A stretch of DNA of 64,000 nt from Treponemataceae bacterium (GTDB lineage: Bacteria > Spirochaetota > Spirochaetia > Treponematales > Rectinemataceae), in assembly GCA_963677895.2 (NCBI GenBank), contig CAXXGJ010000012.1, positions 32,001-96,000 of the forward strand. Reading direction: 5' to 3'. A program made the position numbers and the translations under genes. This document shows positions 20,072 through 30,173 of the stretch, piece after piece. Below the pieces are notes generated by a model. It saw only the letters and a program-made list of their open reading frames with translations. It made no database searches and was not told the DNA's origin. Positions within the stretch are counted from its first letter, which is position 1. Every line of letters starts with the position of its first letter.

Positions 20072-20866
20072 ATGTCCATAAAACCCGAGCACGCGGCTCC
20101 TCGACCATCGGGATTCATCCAGTCGGTCGACCGCGCCCTGACAATACTCGAATATTTCTCGAAAGACCGGCCCGAAGCCGGCGTCTCTGATATCGCCCGC
20201 GGACTCCATCTCAACAAAAGCACGGCTTTCGGGCTTCTATGCACCTTGGAACGCCGAGGCTACGTCGAACAGAACCCCGACAACGGCAGATACAGGCTGG
20301 GGCTGAGGACGCTGGAGCTGGGCAACGCCAAACTCGCCGGCTTCGATGTCGCGGGCGTCGCCCATCCGATCCTCAGTGGCCTGGTGGACCAGCTTGGGGA
20401 AACGGCCCATCTCGCCGTGTACGACAGGGGCGAAGTCGTCTATATCGACAAGGTGGAGGCTGACAATACCCTCAAGATTTCATCCTTCGTCGGAAAGAGA
20501 AATCCCTCTTACTGCACCGGGGTAGGGAAGTGCCTCCTCGCCTTCCAGCCGGCGGCCGAGATTGAGCGCGTCATAGGCCACGGCCTTTTGGCGCGGACCA
20601 GCAAGACAATCGTCGATCCGGAAGCGTTCAAAGCGGAACTCGCCAGAGTCCGCAGGGAGGACCGAGCCCGCGACGACGAGGAATTCGCCGAAGGGCTTAT
20701 CTGCTCCGCCTCGCCCCTGCGGGACAGCAACGGGCTCGTATGCGCGGCCATCAGCGTTTCCGCCCCCACGATCCGATCGGATCCGGAAAGGGTGGCCTTT
20801 GTCGATCGCGCGGTCAGCGAGGCCGCGAAAGCCATCTCGAAAGCCCTCGGCTATAAATCCAATTGA
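20072..20866 (+). CDS. IclR-family transcriptional regulator
   Basis: IQSVDRALTILE...LNKSTAFGLL; ETAHLAV; YCTGVGKCLLA. Confidence 0.95.
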   Translation: MSIKPEHAAPRPSGFIQSVDRALTILEYFSKDRPEAGVSDIARGLHLNKSTAFGLLCTLERRGYVEQNPDNGRYRLGLRTLELGNAKLAGFDVAGVAHPILSGLVDQLGETAHLAVYDRGEVVYIDKVEADNTLKISSFVGKRNPSYCTGVGKCLLAFQPAAEIERVIGHGLLARTSKTIVDPEAFKAELARVRREDRARDDEEFAEGLICSASPLRDSNGLVCAAISVSAPTIRSDPERVAFVDRAVSEAAKAISKALGYKSN

Positions 20867-20883
20867 GATTTTAAAGTTTCCGC

Positions 20884-20950
20884 TTGACAGGTTTGAGAAA
20901 GGGCTATTATCATGTTTATATATAAGAACGATGTGCTACAATGTAGCACA
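20884..20950 (+). promoter_or_regulatory. Promoter and palindromic operator upstream of the meta-cleavage operon
   Basis: TTGACA at 20884-20889, TATCAT at 20908-20913; perfect inverted repeat TGTGCTACA-A-TGTAGCACA at 20932-20950. Confidence 0.7.
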
Positions 20951-21013
20951 ATATGAATACCGTGATGTAAATAGCATATCAATACGGGGAAATCCCGTTG
21001 GGAGGATGTTGTT

Positions 21014-21853
21014 ATGGCAGAACAGAAACAGGGCAATCCTGAGATCGGAAAGACAATCCAGGCGGGCGGCATCGCCGTCAACTATCACGACATGGGCTCG
21101 GGCGATCCCGTCGTCTTCGTCCACGGTTCCGGACCCGGCGTTACCGCCTGGGCCAACTGGCGCCTCGTCCTTCCCAAGCTCGCGGCCACCCGCAGGGTCA
21201 TCGCCCTGGACATGATCGGCTTCGGCTACACCGAGCGACCCGCCGGCATACAGTTCAACATGGACGTATGGGGCAAGCAGCTCAAGGATTTTCTCGACGC
21301 CATGAAGCTGGACAAGGTGGACTTGGTGGGCAATTCCTTCGGGGGAGGCCTCGCTCTCTACATGGCCATCCACTATCCCGAGCGCATCCGCAAGGTCGTC
21401 CTCATGGGAGCCATGGGCGTCCAGTTCCCCATCACCGAATGGCTCGACAAGGTCTGGGGCTATGAGCCTTCCTACGAGGCCATGTCCGAGGCCCTCAATC
21501 ACTTCGTCTCGAACAAGGCCATCATCACGCCGGATCTGGTGAAGATGCGCTACGAAGCCTCGATCCGTCCCGGCTACCAGGAAAGTTTCGGCGCCATGTT
21601 CCCGGCGCCGCGCCAGCGCAGCGTGGACGCCATGGCCTGTGCCTCGGCCGACATAGCTTCCATCAAGCACGACACCCTCATCATCCACGGCCGCGAGGAC
21701 CAGGTCATTCCTGTCGAGACCTCCCAGCTGCTCTTCAGGCTTATCCCCAACGCCCAGCTCCACATGTTCGGCAACTGCGGCCACTGGACACAGATCGAGC
21801 AGAACGCGCGCTTCTGCGCAGTGGTCGAGTCCTTCCTCGCGGGAGTCTTCTGA
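21014..21853 (+). CDS. Meta-cleavage product hydrolase (XylF/DmpD/MhpC-like alpha/beta hydrolase)
   Basis: HGSGPGVTAWANW, nucleophile GNSFGG, CGHWTQIE. Confidence 0.93.
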   Translation: MAEQKQGNPEIGKTIQAGGIAVNYHDMGSGDPVVFVHGSGPGVTAWANWRLVLPKLAATRRVIALDMIGFGYTERPAGIQFNMDVWGKQLKDFLDAMKLDKVDLVGNSFGGGLALYMAIHYPERIRKVVLMGAMGVQFPITEWLDKVWGYEPSYEAMSEALNHFVSNKAIITPDLVKMRYEASIRPGYQESFGAMFPAPRQRSVDAMACASADIASIKHDTLIIHGREDQVIPVETSQLLFRLIPNAQLHMFGNCGHWTQIEQNARFCAVVESFLAGVF

Positions 21854-22641
21854 TGGCCCTCTCACCTGCTGAAATCGTCGCGGCCGCCGACGCCCTCGAC
21901 GCCGCCGCAAGAACCTGCGTTCCCATCGAGAAACTCACCGTTACCTACCCGGCCATCGACGTCGACGGCGCCTATGCCGTGCAGATGCGCAATGTCGAAC
22001 GCGCGCTGGCCGCGGGCAGAAAAATATCCGGCAAGAAGATCGGCCTCACCTCCAAGCCCATGCAGGACATGTTCGGTGTCACGACTCCCGACTTCGGCCA
22101 CCTCTTCTCCGATATGGAAGCGGCCGGCCGGCGCATCGAGCGCGCCACGATGGTCCAGCCCAAGGTGGAGGCGGAGATAGCCTTCGTCCTCGCCCGCGAC
22201 CTCGACATGGCCGGCGAAATCACCGCGGCGGACGTGCTCGCCGCGACCGACTATGTTGTCGCGGCCCTCGAAATCGTGGACAGCCGCATCGGCAACTGGA
22301 AAATCGGTTACTGCGACACTGTTTCCGACAACGCCTCCTCCGGCAGGTACGTGCTGGGATCAGTGCGGAAAAAGATCGCCGAAATCGACCTCAAGGCCGA
22401 AGTCATGAATTTTTCCCTGAACGGCGAGCCCAAAAACTCGGGCAAGGGCACCGACGTCCTCGGCGATCCCGCCTACTGCGTGGCCTGGCTGGCCAACTCC
22501 ATGCGGAAGTACGGCACCATGCTCAAGAAGGGCGAGGTCATCCTTTCGGGCGCGCTCTCCGCGGCCATCGGCGCCGGCAAGGGCGACAGCTTCAGGGCCG
22601 ATTACTCCACGCTCGGCTCCGTCGAAGTCGCTTTTTATTAA
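21853..22641 (+). CDS. mhpD: 2-keto-4-pentenoate hydratase (FAH superfamily)
   Basis: GKKIGLTS, PDFGHL, QPKVEAEIAF, ALEIVDSRI, DNASSG. Confidence 0.88.
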   Translation: MALSPAEIVAAADALDAAARTCVPIEKLTVTYPAIDVDGAYAVQMRNVERALAAGRKISGKKIGLTSKPMQDMFGVTTPDFGHLFSDMEAAGRRIERATMVQPKVEAEIAFVLARDLDMAGEITAADVLAATDYVVAALEIVDSRIGNWKIGYCDTVSDNASSGRYVLGSVRKKIAEIDLKAEVMNFSLNGEPKNSGKGTDVLGDPAYCVAWLANSMRKYGTMLKKGEVILSGALSAAIGAGKGDSFRADYSTLGSVEVAFY

Positions 22642-22654
22642 GAGGAACGGAATA

Positions 22655-23532
22655 ATGGCACAGAAGATCAAGGCGGCCATCATTGGCCCAGGCAATATCG
22701 GCACCGACCTCCTCATCAAGTTGAGGAGGAGCCCCTTCCTCGAGGTAGCCTACGTGGTGGGCGTCAAGGAATCCCCCGGCATAGAGATCGCCAAGGGTTT
22801 CGGCATCCCCACCACCATCAGGGGCATCGATGAGATTGCTCGAGGTCGAGGACATTAGGATAGTGTTCGACGCCACAGGCGCCGGACCGCACATGATCCA
22901 CGCCCCCGGGCTCAAGGCCGCCGGCAAGATCGCCATCGACCTGACGCCTGCCGCCGTCGGCCCCTATGTCGTGCCCTCGGTCAACTTCAACGAGGAAATC
23001 TTCAAGCTCGACAACGTCAACATGGTCACCTGCGCAGGGCAGGCCACCCTCGCCCATCGTCTACGCGGTCAACCGCGCCGCCGACGTCTACTACGCCGAG
23101 GTCGTCTCCTCGATCTCCTCCAGGAGCGCGGGGCCGGGCACGCGGCAGAACCTTAACGAATTCATCGAGACGACGACGAAGGCTCTGAGAACTGTCGGCG
23201 GCGCCGACCAGGCCAAGGCCATCATCGTCCTCAATCCCGCCGAGCCTCCCATATTGATGCGCAACACCATCCTCTGCAGGGTGCGCAGGCCCGATCTGGC
23301 GGTCATCCGCGAATCGATCGACAGGATTCTCGCCGACGTGAAAATCTACGTTCCCGGCTATCGCTTCCTCGTCGAACCGATTCTCCAGGGCGACACCGTC
23401 ACGACCGTCATCGAAGTGGAAGGCCTGGGCGACTTTCTGCCCAAACACACGGGCAACCTGGATATCATAAACGCCGCCGCCGTGGCGGTGGCGGAGAAAT
23501 TCGCCCGGCGCATTCAGGAAGGCAAACGATGA
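22655..23532 (+). pseudogene. mhpF: Acylating acetaldehyde dehydrogenase (MhpF/DmpF), frameshifted twice (real lesion or assembly error)
   Basis: Three consecutive frames give IIGPGNIGTDL / [28 protein letters not shown] / [25 protein letters not shown]; shifts near 22835 and 23048. Confidence 0.88.
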
Positions 23533-24556
23533 GCAAGGTCTACATAACCGACACGAGCCTGAGGGACGGCAGCCACTCCGTCTCGCATCAATACACGAGC
23601 GCCGATGTAGCCGCGGTCGCGGGGCGGCGCTCGACGATGCCGGCATCGACATCATCGAGGTGAACCATGGCGACGGCCTCGGCGGTTCCTCGCTGACCTA
23701 TGGCTATTCGCTGGAAAACGAGCTCGACCTCGTCTCAGCGGCGGCCAGGGTAGTCAAGAGAGCGCGCATCGCCGTCCTCCTCGTGCCCGGCATCGCCACC
23801 CTGGATCTCCTCGAGGAAGCCCAACGCCGAGGCGCCAGCGTCGTGCGCGTGGCCACCCACGTCACGGAGGCCGACGTTTCCGAGGAATACATCAAAGCGG
23901 CCAAGAAGATGGGCATGTTCGTCGTGGGCTTCCTCATGATGGCCCATATGGCCGACACGGCCAAGCTCGTGGAGCAGGCCCTCATCATGGAATCCTATGG
24001 CGCCGACGTGGTCTATGCCACCGATTCGGCCGGAGCCCTTCTGCCCGACCAGGTAGGCGAACGCGTCGCGGCCCTGAAAGCCGCACTCCAGATTCCCGTC
24101 GGCCACCATGCCCACGACAACCTGGGCTGCGCTGTCGCCAATTCGCTCGCTGCCGTGAAAGCGGGCGCCACCTATGTGGACGGCTCCCTCGGCGGAATGG
24201 GCGCCGGCGCTGGCAATTCAGCCACCGAGATGCTCGTAGGCGCCTTGAAGAAATCCGGCGCCGATGTCGCCGCCGACCTCTTCAGAACCATGGACGCGGC
24301 GGAGAAAGTCCTTCTTCCCATCGTGGCACAGAAGGGCAAACCCCTCCCGCGCCACGACTCCAACTCGCTCATCATGGGCTACGCTGGCGTCTATTCCAGC
24401 TTCATGCTCCACGCGAAGAAGGGCGCCGAGCGCTTCGGCGTCGACGTTCGCGACGTCCTTATCGAACTGGGGAAGCGCAAGGCTGTGGGCGGTCAGGAAG
24501 ACTGGATTATCCAGGTGGCCTACGACTTGGCCAAAGCTGCGGGAAAGCCCGTTTGA
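23529..24556 (+). pseudogene. mhpE: 4-hydroxy-2-oxovalerate aldolase (MhpE/DmpG), one frameshift near 23620
   Basis: ATG at 23529 reads [17 protein letters not shown]; continues in another frame as ALDDAGIDIIEVNHGDGLGGSS...HAHDNLG...GYAGVYSSF. Confidence 0.88.
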
Positions 24557-24597
24557 ATTGAGAGAGGCGGCGCGGGGGAACCCGTTTGTACGCGATT

Positions 24598-24629
24598 ATA
24601 TATGTGAACAATGTGCTACATAGCGGCAC
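24598..24629 (+). promoter_or_regulatory. Second copy of the operator-like motif, upstream of the third TRAP operon
   Basis: ATATATGTGAACAATGTGCTACATAGCGGCAC aligns without gaps to ATATATAAGAACGATGTGCTACAATGTAGCAC at 20918-20949. Confidence 0.65.
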
Positions 24630-24656
24630 TTGTAGGGTATTCAAGGAGGAATCATC

Positions 24657-25629
24657 ATGAAGAAAGGGATTATCGCTCTTCTCGTCCTGGCGATGCTGTT
24701 CGGCGCGACCGCCGGCGCTTTCGCCCAGAAGGAACTCAAGCTCGGCCACATCGCCGCGCCCAACACCGCCTACGACAACTGGGCCAAGGAATTCAAGGCG
24801 CAGGTCGAAGCCGGCACCAACAACAGGTATAAGATCGTCATCTATGGCGGCGGCCAGCTCGGCGACTCGGGCCCCCCTCATGGAAGCCATGCAGGCCGGG
24901 AACCTTCAGTTCGCCGTCATCACCTCGGGCGACGCCAGCCAGTTCATCAACGCCATCAACGTCCTCGACATGCCCTTCCTGTTCAGGAGCTGGGATCACG
25001 TTGAAAAGTTCATCGCCTCGAAGACGGCCAGGGACCTCCTCGACCTCTCCGATCAGTATGGTCTCAAGTCGCTCTCCTTGATGCCCCGCGGCTACCGCCA
25101 CGTGACGAACGCGAAATTCCCCATCAACAAGCCCGAAGATCTCAAGGGACTCAAGATGCGCATCAGCGAAAGCCCCGTCCTCGTCGAGGCCTTCAAGGCG
25201 ATGGGCGCCAACGCGCAGGCCATGGCTTGGTCAGAAGTGTACACCGCTCTCCAGCAGGGCACGGTCAACGCTCATGAGAACACCATCATCACCACCCGCG
25301 ACTACAAGATCAACGAAGTGCAGAAATACGTCTCCGAGACTGGACACGTCTTCGCCATGGCTACGCTCATGGCTTCGGGCGACTGGTTCAAGAAGCTTCC
25401 GAAGGCGGATCAGGACATAATCCAGAAAGCCGCCACGGACGCGGCCTACAAGCTCGGACTGGAGCAGGAAGCCAACGAGGCTAAGGCCAAGGCCGAACTC
25501 ATTTCCAAGGGCATGGTCTTCAACAGCCTCGATACCGAACCCTTCGTCAAGGCTGTCCAGCCCGTCATCAACAAGTACGCCAAGGGCGACGTCAAGAAAT
25601 TCTACGATGCCATCCTGGCGATAAAGTAA
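24657..25629 (+). pseudogene. TRAP substrate-binding protein DctP, frameshifted in a C-run near 24872-24877
   Basis: Signal peptide and YGGGQLGD in one frame; LMEAMQAG...DLKGLKMR...ALQQGTVNAHEN in the next. Confidence 0.88.
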
Positions 25630-25657
25630 TCCAGACCGACAAATATTTTTCTTGGGT

Positions 25658-25692
25658 GGCTGTCCTGGTTGCGACCAACTTCCAGGACAGCC
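25658..25692 (+). other. Intercistronic stem-loop after dctP
   Basis: GGCTGTCCTGG-N13-CCAGGACAGCC followed by TTT. Confidence 0.75.
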
Positions 25693-25725
25693 TTTACTCG
25701 CCTGCCTGACGCAAGGAGTATTTAT

Positions 25726-26223
25726 ATGAAAGCGTTGCTGAAAACCAGCGACATTCTTGACAAGATCTGCGGCTGGGTCATCGTAGCGCTGTTCATGTTG
25801 ATGACGATTACCTACGCCACGCAGATTTTATTGAGATATGTTTTCGGAACCGGCCTGATGTGGACGGAAGAACTAACCCGCTACGCCGATATATGGGCCG
25901 TGATGATCGGCGCGGCGATGATCGCCAAGCGCAGGAGCCATATCAACGTGAGCGTGCTTGAGGAATACCTGCCCAAAGCGTCCAGGGCTTGGCTCCTCGT
26001 CTTCCAGCAGCTTCTCTCCCTCGTATTTTTCGTCGCGATGTTCTTCATCGCCTTTAAATTCATAAAGCTCGCCGGCACCCAGGTGAGCACCAACATGCGC
26101 ATACCCAAGCGCTGGGTATATTGGATATTCCCGCCCGCCTTCGGAGTGTTCATATTCCAGACCCTTGTCGGAACCCTCAAGGGAGCGCAAGAAGCGAAGA
26201 CCGCCCAGGAGGCCAAATCATGA
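25726..26223 (+). CDS. TRAP small permease (DctQ)
   Basis: Start MKALLK after AAGGAG; QILLRYVFG...WTEELTRY. Confidence 0.9.
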   Translation: MKALLKTSDILDKICGWVIVALFMLMTITYATQILLRYVFGTGLMWTEELTRYADIWAVMIGAAMIAKRRSHINVSVLEEYLPKASRAWLLVFQQLLSLVFFVAMFFIAFKFIKLAGTQVSTNMRIPKRWVYWIFPPAFGVFIFQTLVGTLKGAQEAKTAQEAKS

Positions 26224-27484
26224 CCCTGCTGCTTTTCGGATCCGTCCTTGTCCTCCTGGCGGTAGGCGCTCCCATCGTCACGGCGATGGGCGGCTCAGCC
26301 CTTCTCACCATATTCGCGTCGGGCATCAATCCCACCACGGCTGTCCAGCGCTTTTTCGCGAGCATCGATTCGGCGGCCCTCTTGGCCATCCCCTTCTTCA
26401 TCCTCGCCGGCGACCTCATGAACAAGGGCGGACTCGCGAAGCGCCTCATCGGTTTCGCGGGCCTCTTCGTGTCGAAGATTACGGGCGGCATGGGCATGAC
26501 GGCCATCCTCGCCTGCATGCTCTTCGCCGCCATCTCTGGCTCGGGCATAGCCACCGCCGCGGCTATCGGCGGTGTCATGATCTCGGGCTTCAAGGACCAC
26601 GGCTATAAGCCAGCCTACGCGGCGGCCATCGTGGGATCGGCGAGCCCTATCGGCATAATCATCCCGCCGAGCATCGCTTTCATCATCTATGGAACGCTGT
26701 CCAAGGCATCGGTAGGCCAGCTCTACAAAGTCGGCTTCCCCGCAGGAATCATGGTAGGCGTCGCCTTGATGGTCGTCACCTTCTTCACCGCGAAAAAGCA
26801 TAAGATTCCCCGCGAGTCCAAGGGCCTCGGCAGCAAATCCGTCAAGGAAGTGGTGATCGACACAGCTTGTCGCCCTCGGCACGCCCGTGATCATCAGTGG
26901 GCGGCGTCTTTCTCGGCGTCTTCACCCCCACCGAATCGGCGGTCGCGGCTGTCATTTATTCCATTATTATCGGCGTTTTCGTGTTCAAGGAAATAAAGCT
27001 CAAGGAGCTGCCCGGCATATTCCTCCAGTCGGCCATCAGCTCGGCGGGCATCATGATCATCATCGCGGCCGCTTCCCTCTTCGCCTGGACCATGGTCTAC
27101 ATGCAGATTCCCCAGAAAGCCTTCGAGGCCGTGCTTTCCGTCGGCATGAGCAAATACACCCTCCTTTTCGTCGTCAATATCATTGTCCTGATAGCGGGCA
27201 TGTTCATGGAGTCGGGCTCGATACAGATCATCCTCGTGCCCCTCCTGCTGCCTATCCTCGAAGTGCTGCAGATCGACCTCGTGCACTTCGGCATCATTCT
27301 GACGACCAACCTCGCGATCGGCATGCTCACCCCTCCCTTCGGACTGACTCTCTTTACCGCGTCGCGCGTGCTGAAGGCTGATTTAAAGGATACTATCAAG
27401 GAAGCTTGGCCCTTCCTGGGCGCGATGGTCATAGTCCTGATGATCATCACCTATGTGCCGGCCTCGGTGATGTGGATTTTGTGA
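26220..27484 (+). pseudogene. TRAP large permease DctM with two frameshifts at ~26860-26900
   Basis: LLAIPFFILAG, AISGSGIA, IIPPSI in one frame; LVALGTPVII in a second; GGVFLGVFTPTES...TPPFG in a third. Confidence 0.88.
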
Positions 27485-27506
27485 GAAGGCGCCTATTCCC
27501 CGTCAT

Positions 27507-28313
27507 TCATCGCTTGAGGCGCTTTTCCAGCGTCCTGACGAGGAGGGATAGGCTGAGCGTGAGGCAGAGGTAGAAGAAGGCGACGGCGTTGTAAGTCTCG
27601 AAAAACTTGAAGGTGGAGGCCGCGTAGACCTTGCCAAGCTGGGTGATATCCTGGACGCCGAGGGCGGAAACGAGCGATGAATCCTTGATGATGGCGACGA
27701 ATTCGTTGCCGAGGGCGGGCAGGACATTCCTGATAGCCTGGGGCAGAACGATGCGCCACATCACCTGAAGGTGCGACATCCCGAGGGCTTCGGCGGCTTC
27801 GACCTGGCCTTTGTCCACGCTCTCTATGCCCGCGCGGAAGATTTCAGCGATGAAAGCCGAGTAGCCGAGGGTGAGGGCCAGGACGGCGCGCGTGGCGAAA
27901 TCGAAGCTGCGCGCCTCGACACGGCCGATGAGCCCCGACGCGATGAGCGGTGTCAGGATGACGTTGAGCGCTTGAGCGAGAGCGGGAGCGCCGACGAAGG
28001 CTATGTAGTACAGTATGACGAGCATGGGAAGGCCGCGCACCAGCTCGATGTAGAAGGTCGCCACTTCGCGAGCGGTGCGGAGCCGCGACGAACGCAGGAG
28101 CCCCAGCCCGAGGCCGAATAGTATCGACGCGGCATACGCGATGAGCGATACCATCAGCGTGACGCCGAGACCGCGCGACACGGCGCCGAATATGACGCGA
28201 TAATCGGCCGCGGCCATGGCGGACGCGAGGAGCCAGCCCCCGAGGCCTACGATGGCGACGAGCCACCAGGGGATGCGATCCAGTGCCGTCTGCTTAATTC
28301 GGGGTCTGCGCAT
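27507..28313 (-). CDS. Polar amino-acid ABC transporter permease (HisM/GlnP family)
   Basis: YIELVRGLPMLV, AEIFRAGIESVDKGQVEAAEALG (EAA loop), LPQAIRNVLPALGNEF..KDSSL. Confidence 0.93.
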   Translation of the reverse strand: MRRPRIKQTALDRIPWWLVAIVGLGGWLLASAMAAADYRVIFGAVSRGLGVTLMVSLIAYAASILFGLGLGLLRSSRLRTAREVATFYIELVRGLPMLVILYYIAFVGAPALAQALNVILTPLIASGLIGRVEARSFDFATRAVLALTLGYSAFIAEIFRAGIESVDKGQVEAAEALGMSHLQVMWRIVLPQAIRNVLPALGNEFVAIIKDSSLVSALGVQDITQLGKVYAASTFKFFETYNAVAFFYLCLTLSLSLLVRTLEKRLKR

Positions 28314-30173
28314 AAGATGGTCCTTTTACCTGCATTGGTCCCTCGCAGGGCAATTCGATGAAAAAGACGGTATTGCCCGGTTCGCTTTCGCACCATATCC
28401 TGCCGCCATGAACTTCCGTTATATGTTTGCAGATCGACAGGCCAAGGCCGGCATGTCCGTTTCCGCTTTTTTCGCTCAGGAAGGGCGTGAAAAGACTGGC
28501 GATCTTGGCAGGCGGGATGCCGGGGCCGCTGTCCCGTACCTGCAGGAGGGCGCTATTGTCGGCCTGCTTCCGAAGTCGGACTACGATGGAACCACAGCGT
28601 CCCGCTACATCGAGCGCATTCATGAGGAGATTGATCAGAACTTGTTTGATTCTGGCGGGATCTATACGCAGCATCACCGGTTCGCTGGGTATATCGGCTT
28701 CCAGGCTGATGCCGAGACGTTCCGCTTCGTATTCAAGCAGGACAAGCGAATCCTTGATGACCGCGTTGATGTCATGCGGGCTCAATGCCGACGAATCGAC
28801 GCTCGAAAAGGACAGGAGATTAAGCATGCTTCCATGAATTCGCTTTATCTCATTTCGGATGATTTCGAGCCTTTCACGCGCATACTCGTCGTTCGTCTTC
28901 ATGAGCAGGAGTTCCACATAGTTGGAGATGATGCCGAGAGGATTGTTCACTTCGTGAACTATGCCCGTCGCCAACTGGGCGATGGACGAAGTTCGGTCTA
29001 GGCTTGCTAGATAGTCCCGTGTCGCCCGTTCTTCCGTTACGTCCTGAAGTACGAGGATGGTTCCAAATAGCTGTTTTAGACTGTCGTGGAAGGGTAGGTC
29101 ATCACATTGACGAATCTGCCGTTCGCCGTCGGCCACTGTTTCCATTTCGCCGGCACTCCCGATCTTATGGAATCCATGATCAGCGCCAGTCGTTTATCGC
29201 CGAAACCATTCCGCAGCGCCAAGGCGGTCAGGGGAATAGCCGCCGCAGGTTCTCCCGCCTGTGACGCGGGAATCAGCGTTTTTGGGTCCGTGCAGATAAT
29301 GTCGCAGGCCGATTGATTCGAGAGGTATATTTCGCCTTCCCCGTCGAAAAAGACCGTTCCCAAGGGGAGATTGGAGACAATTTCCTCATTGTACTTTTTG
29401 TATTTCAGCAGGCGGATATTCTTGCTGAACAGTTCTTCCCTCGACTCGTTGAAAGAATAGGCGAGATCGACAATGTCCTCTCGGTCAAGGCTTCTGGCCG
29501 GTTGGGTTTCGACGATTCTTCCCGCTTTTATAATCGATATGATATCAGCGATCCTCAGCACCTCGTCGACGTTGGAAGCCGCATAAAGAACTGCCTCATT
29601 ACCGCTCCGTCTTTCCGCTAAAACGGAATAGAGCACCTGCATTTCGTCGGCGGTAAAGCGACCCGAAGGCTCATCCAGAATAAGAATTCTCGGATTAAAG
29701 GCCAAAGCTCGCCCTAGCTCGATGACGGTGGATTCTATTCTCGCCAGCCGATGCATGGGTAGACGCAGATCCGGATGAAGGCTCCACTTTTCGCAGAGCG
29801 CGAGAATGAAGGCCTCTATTTCATCGCGCATATTGCCCGACGAAAAACCGATGGACATCCTCCCGGCCATGATGTTTTCCCAGGGCAGAAGAGTCGGAAT
29901 GATGTTCTGCGTTTGATGGAAAACGCCAATACCAGCCTGGGCCATAATCTTTGGATTGCGTTTCACCAGGGGGATGCCATCGATGAGAATCTTGCCTCTA
30001 TTGAGGATCATCTTTCCTTCGAGGAGGGAGACGATGCACGATTTACCCGCCCTGCGTTCCCCGATGATGGCGTGCACTTCACCGCTCGCCGCCATCAGGC
30101 TGAACTCGTCGAGCGCTATCGTCTCCCTGTAGGAAGCCGTGACGCCACGGAGCTCAAGTCCTTGCATCGTCAT
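28294..30173 (-). CDS. Hybrid sensor kinase: ABC-ATPase-like domain + PAS + HisKA + HATPase, split by a 1-nt frameshift near 29090
   Basis: ORF 29076-30173: GEVHAIIGERRAGKS, ILILDEP, then PAS start IVSNLPLGTVFFD...N; ORF ending 28294: PAS end GTILVLQDVTE, HEVNNPL, QVLINLLMNA, DSGPGI, LFTPF, GLGL. Confidence 0.85.

Noticed and set aside
29076..29145. Programmed ribosomal frameshift producing NBD-only and full-length kinase forms
   Set aside because: No X-XXY-YYZ slippery heptamer at the junction, the break falls inside the PAS domain, and nearby genes carry similar indels; a sequence error is the simpler explanation, though it is unverified.
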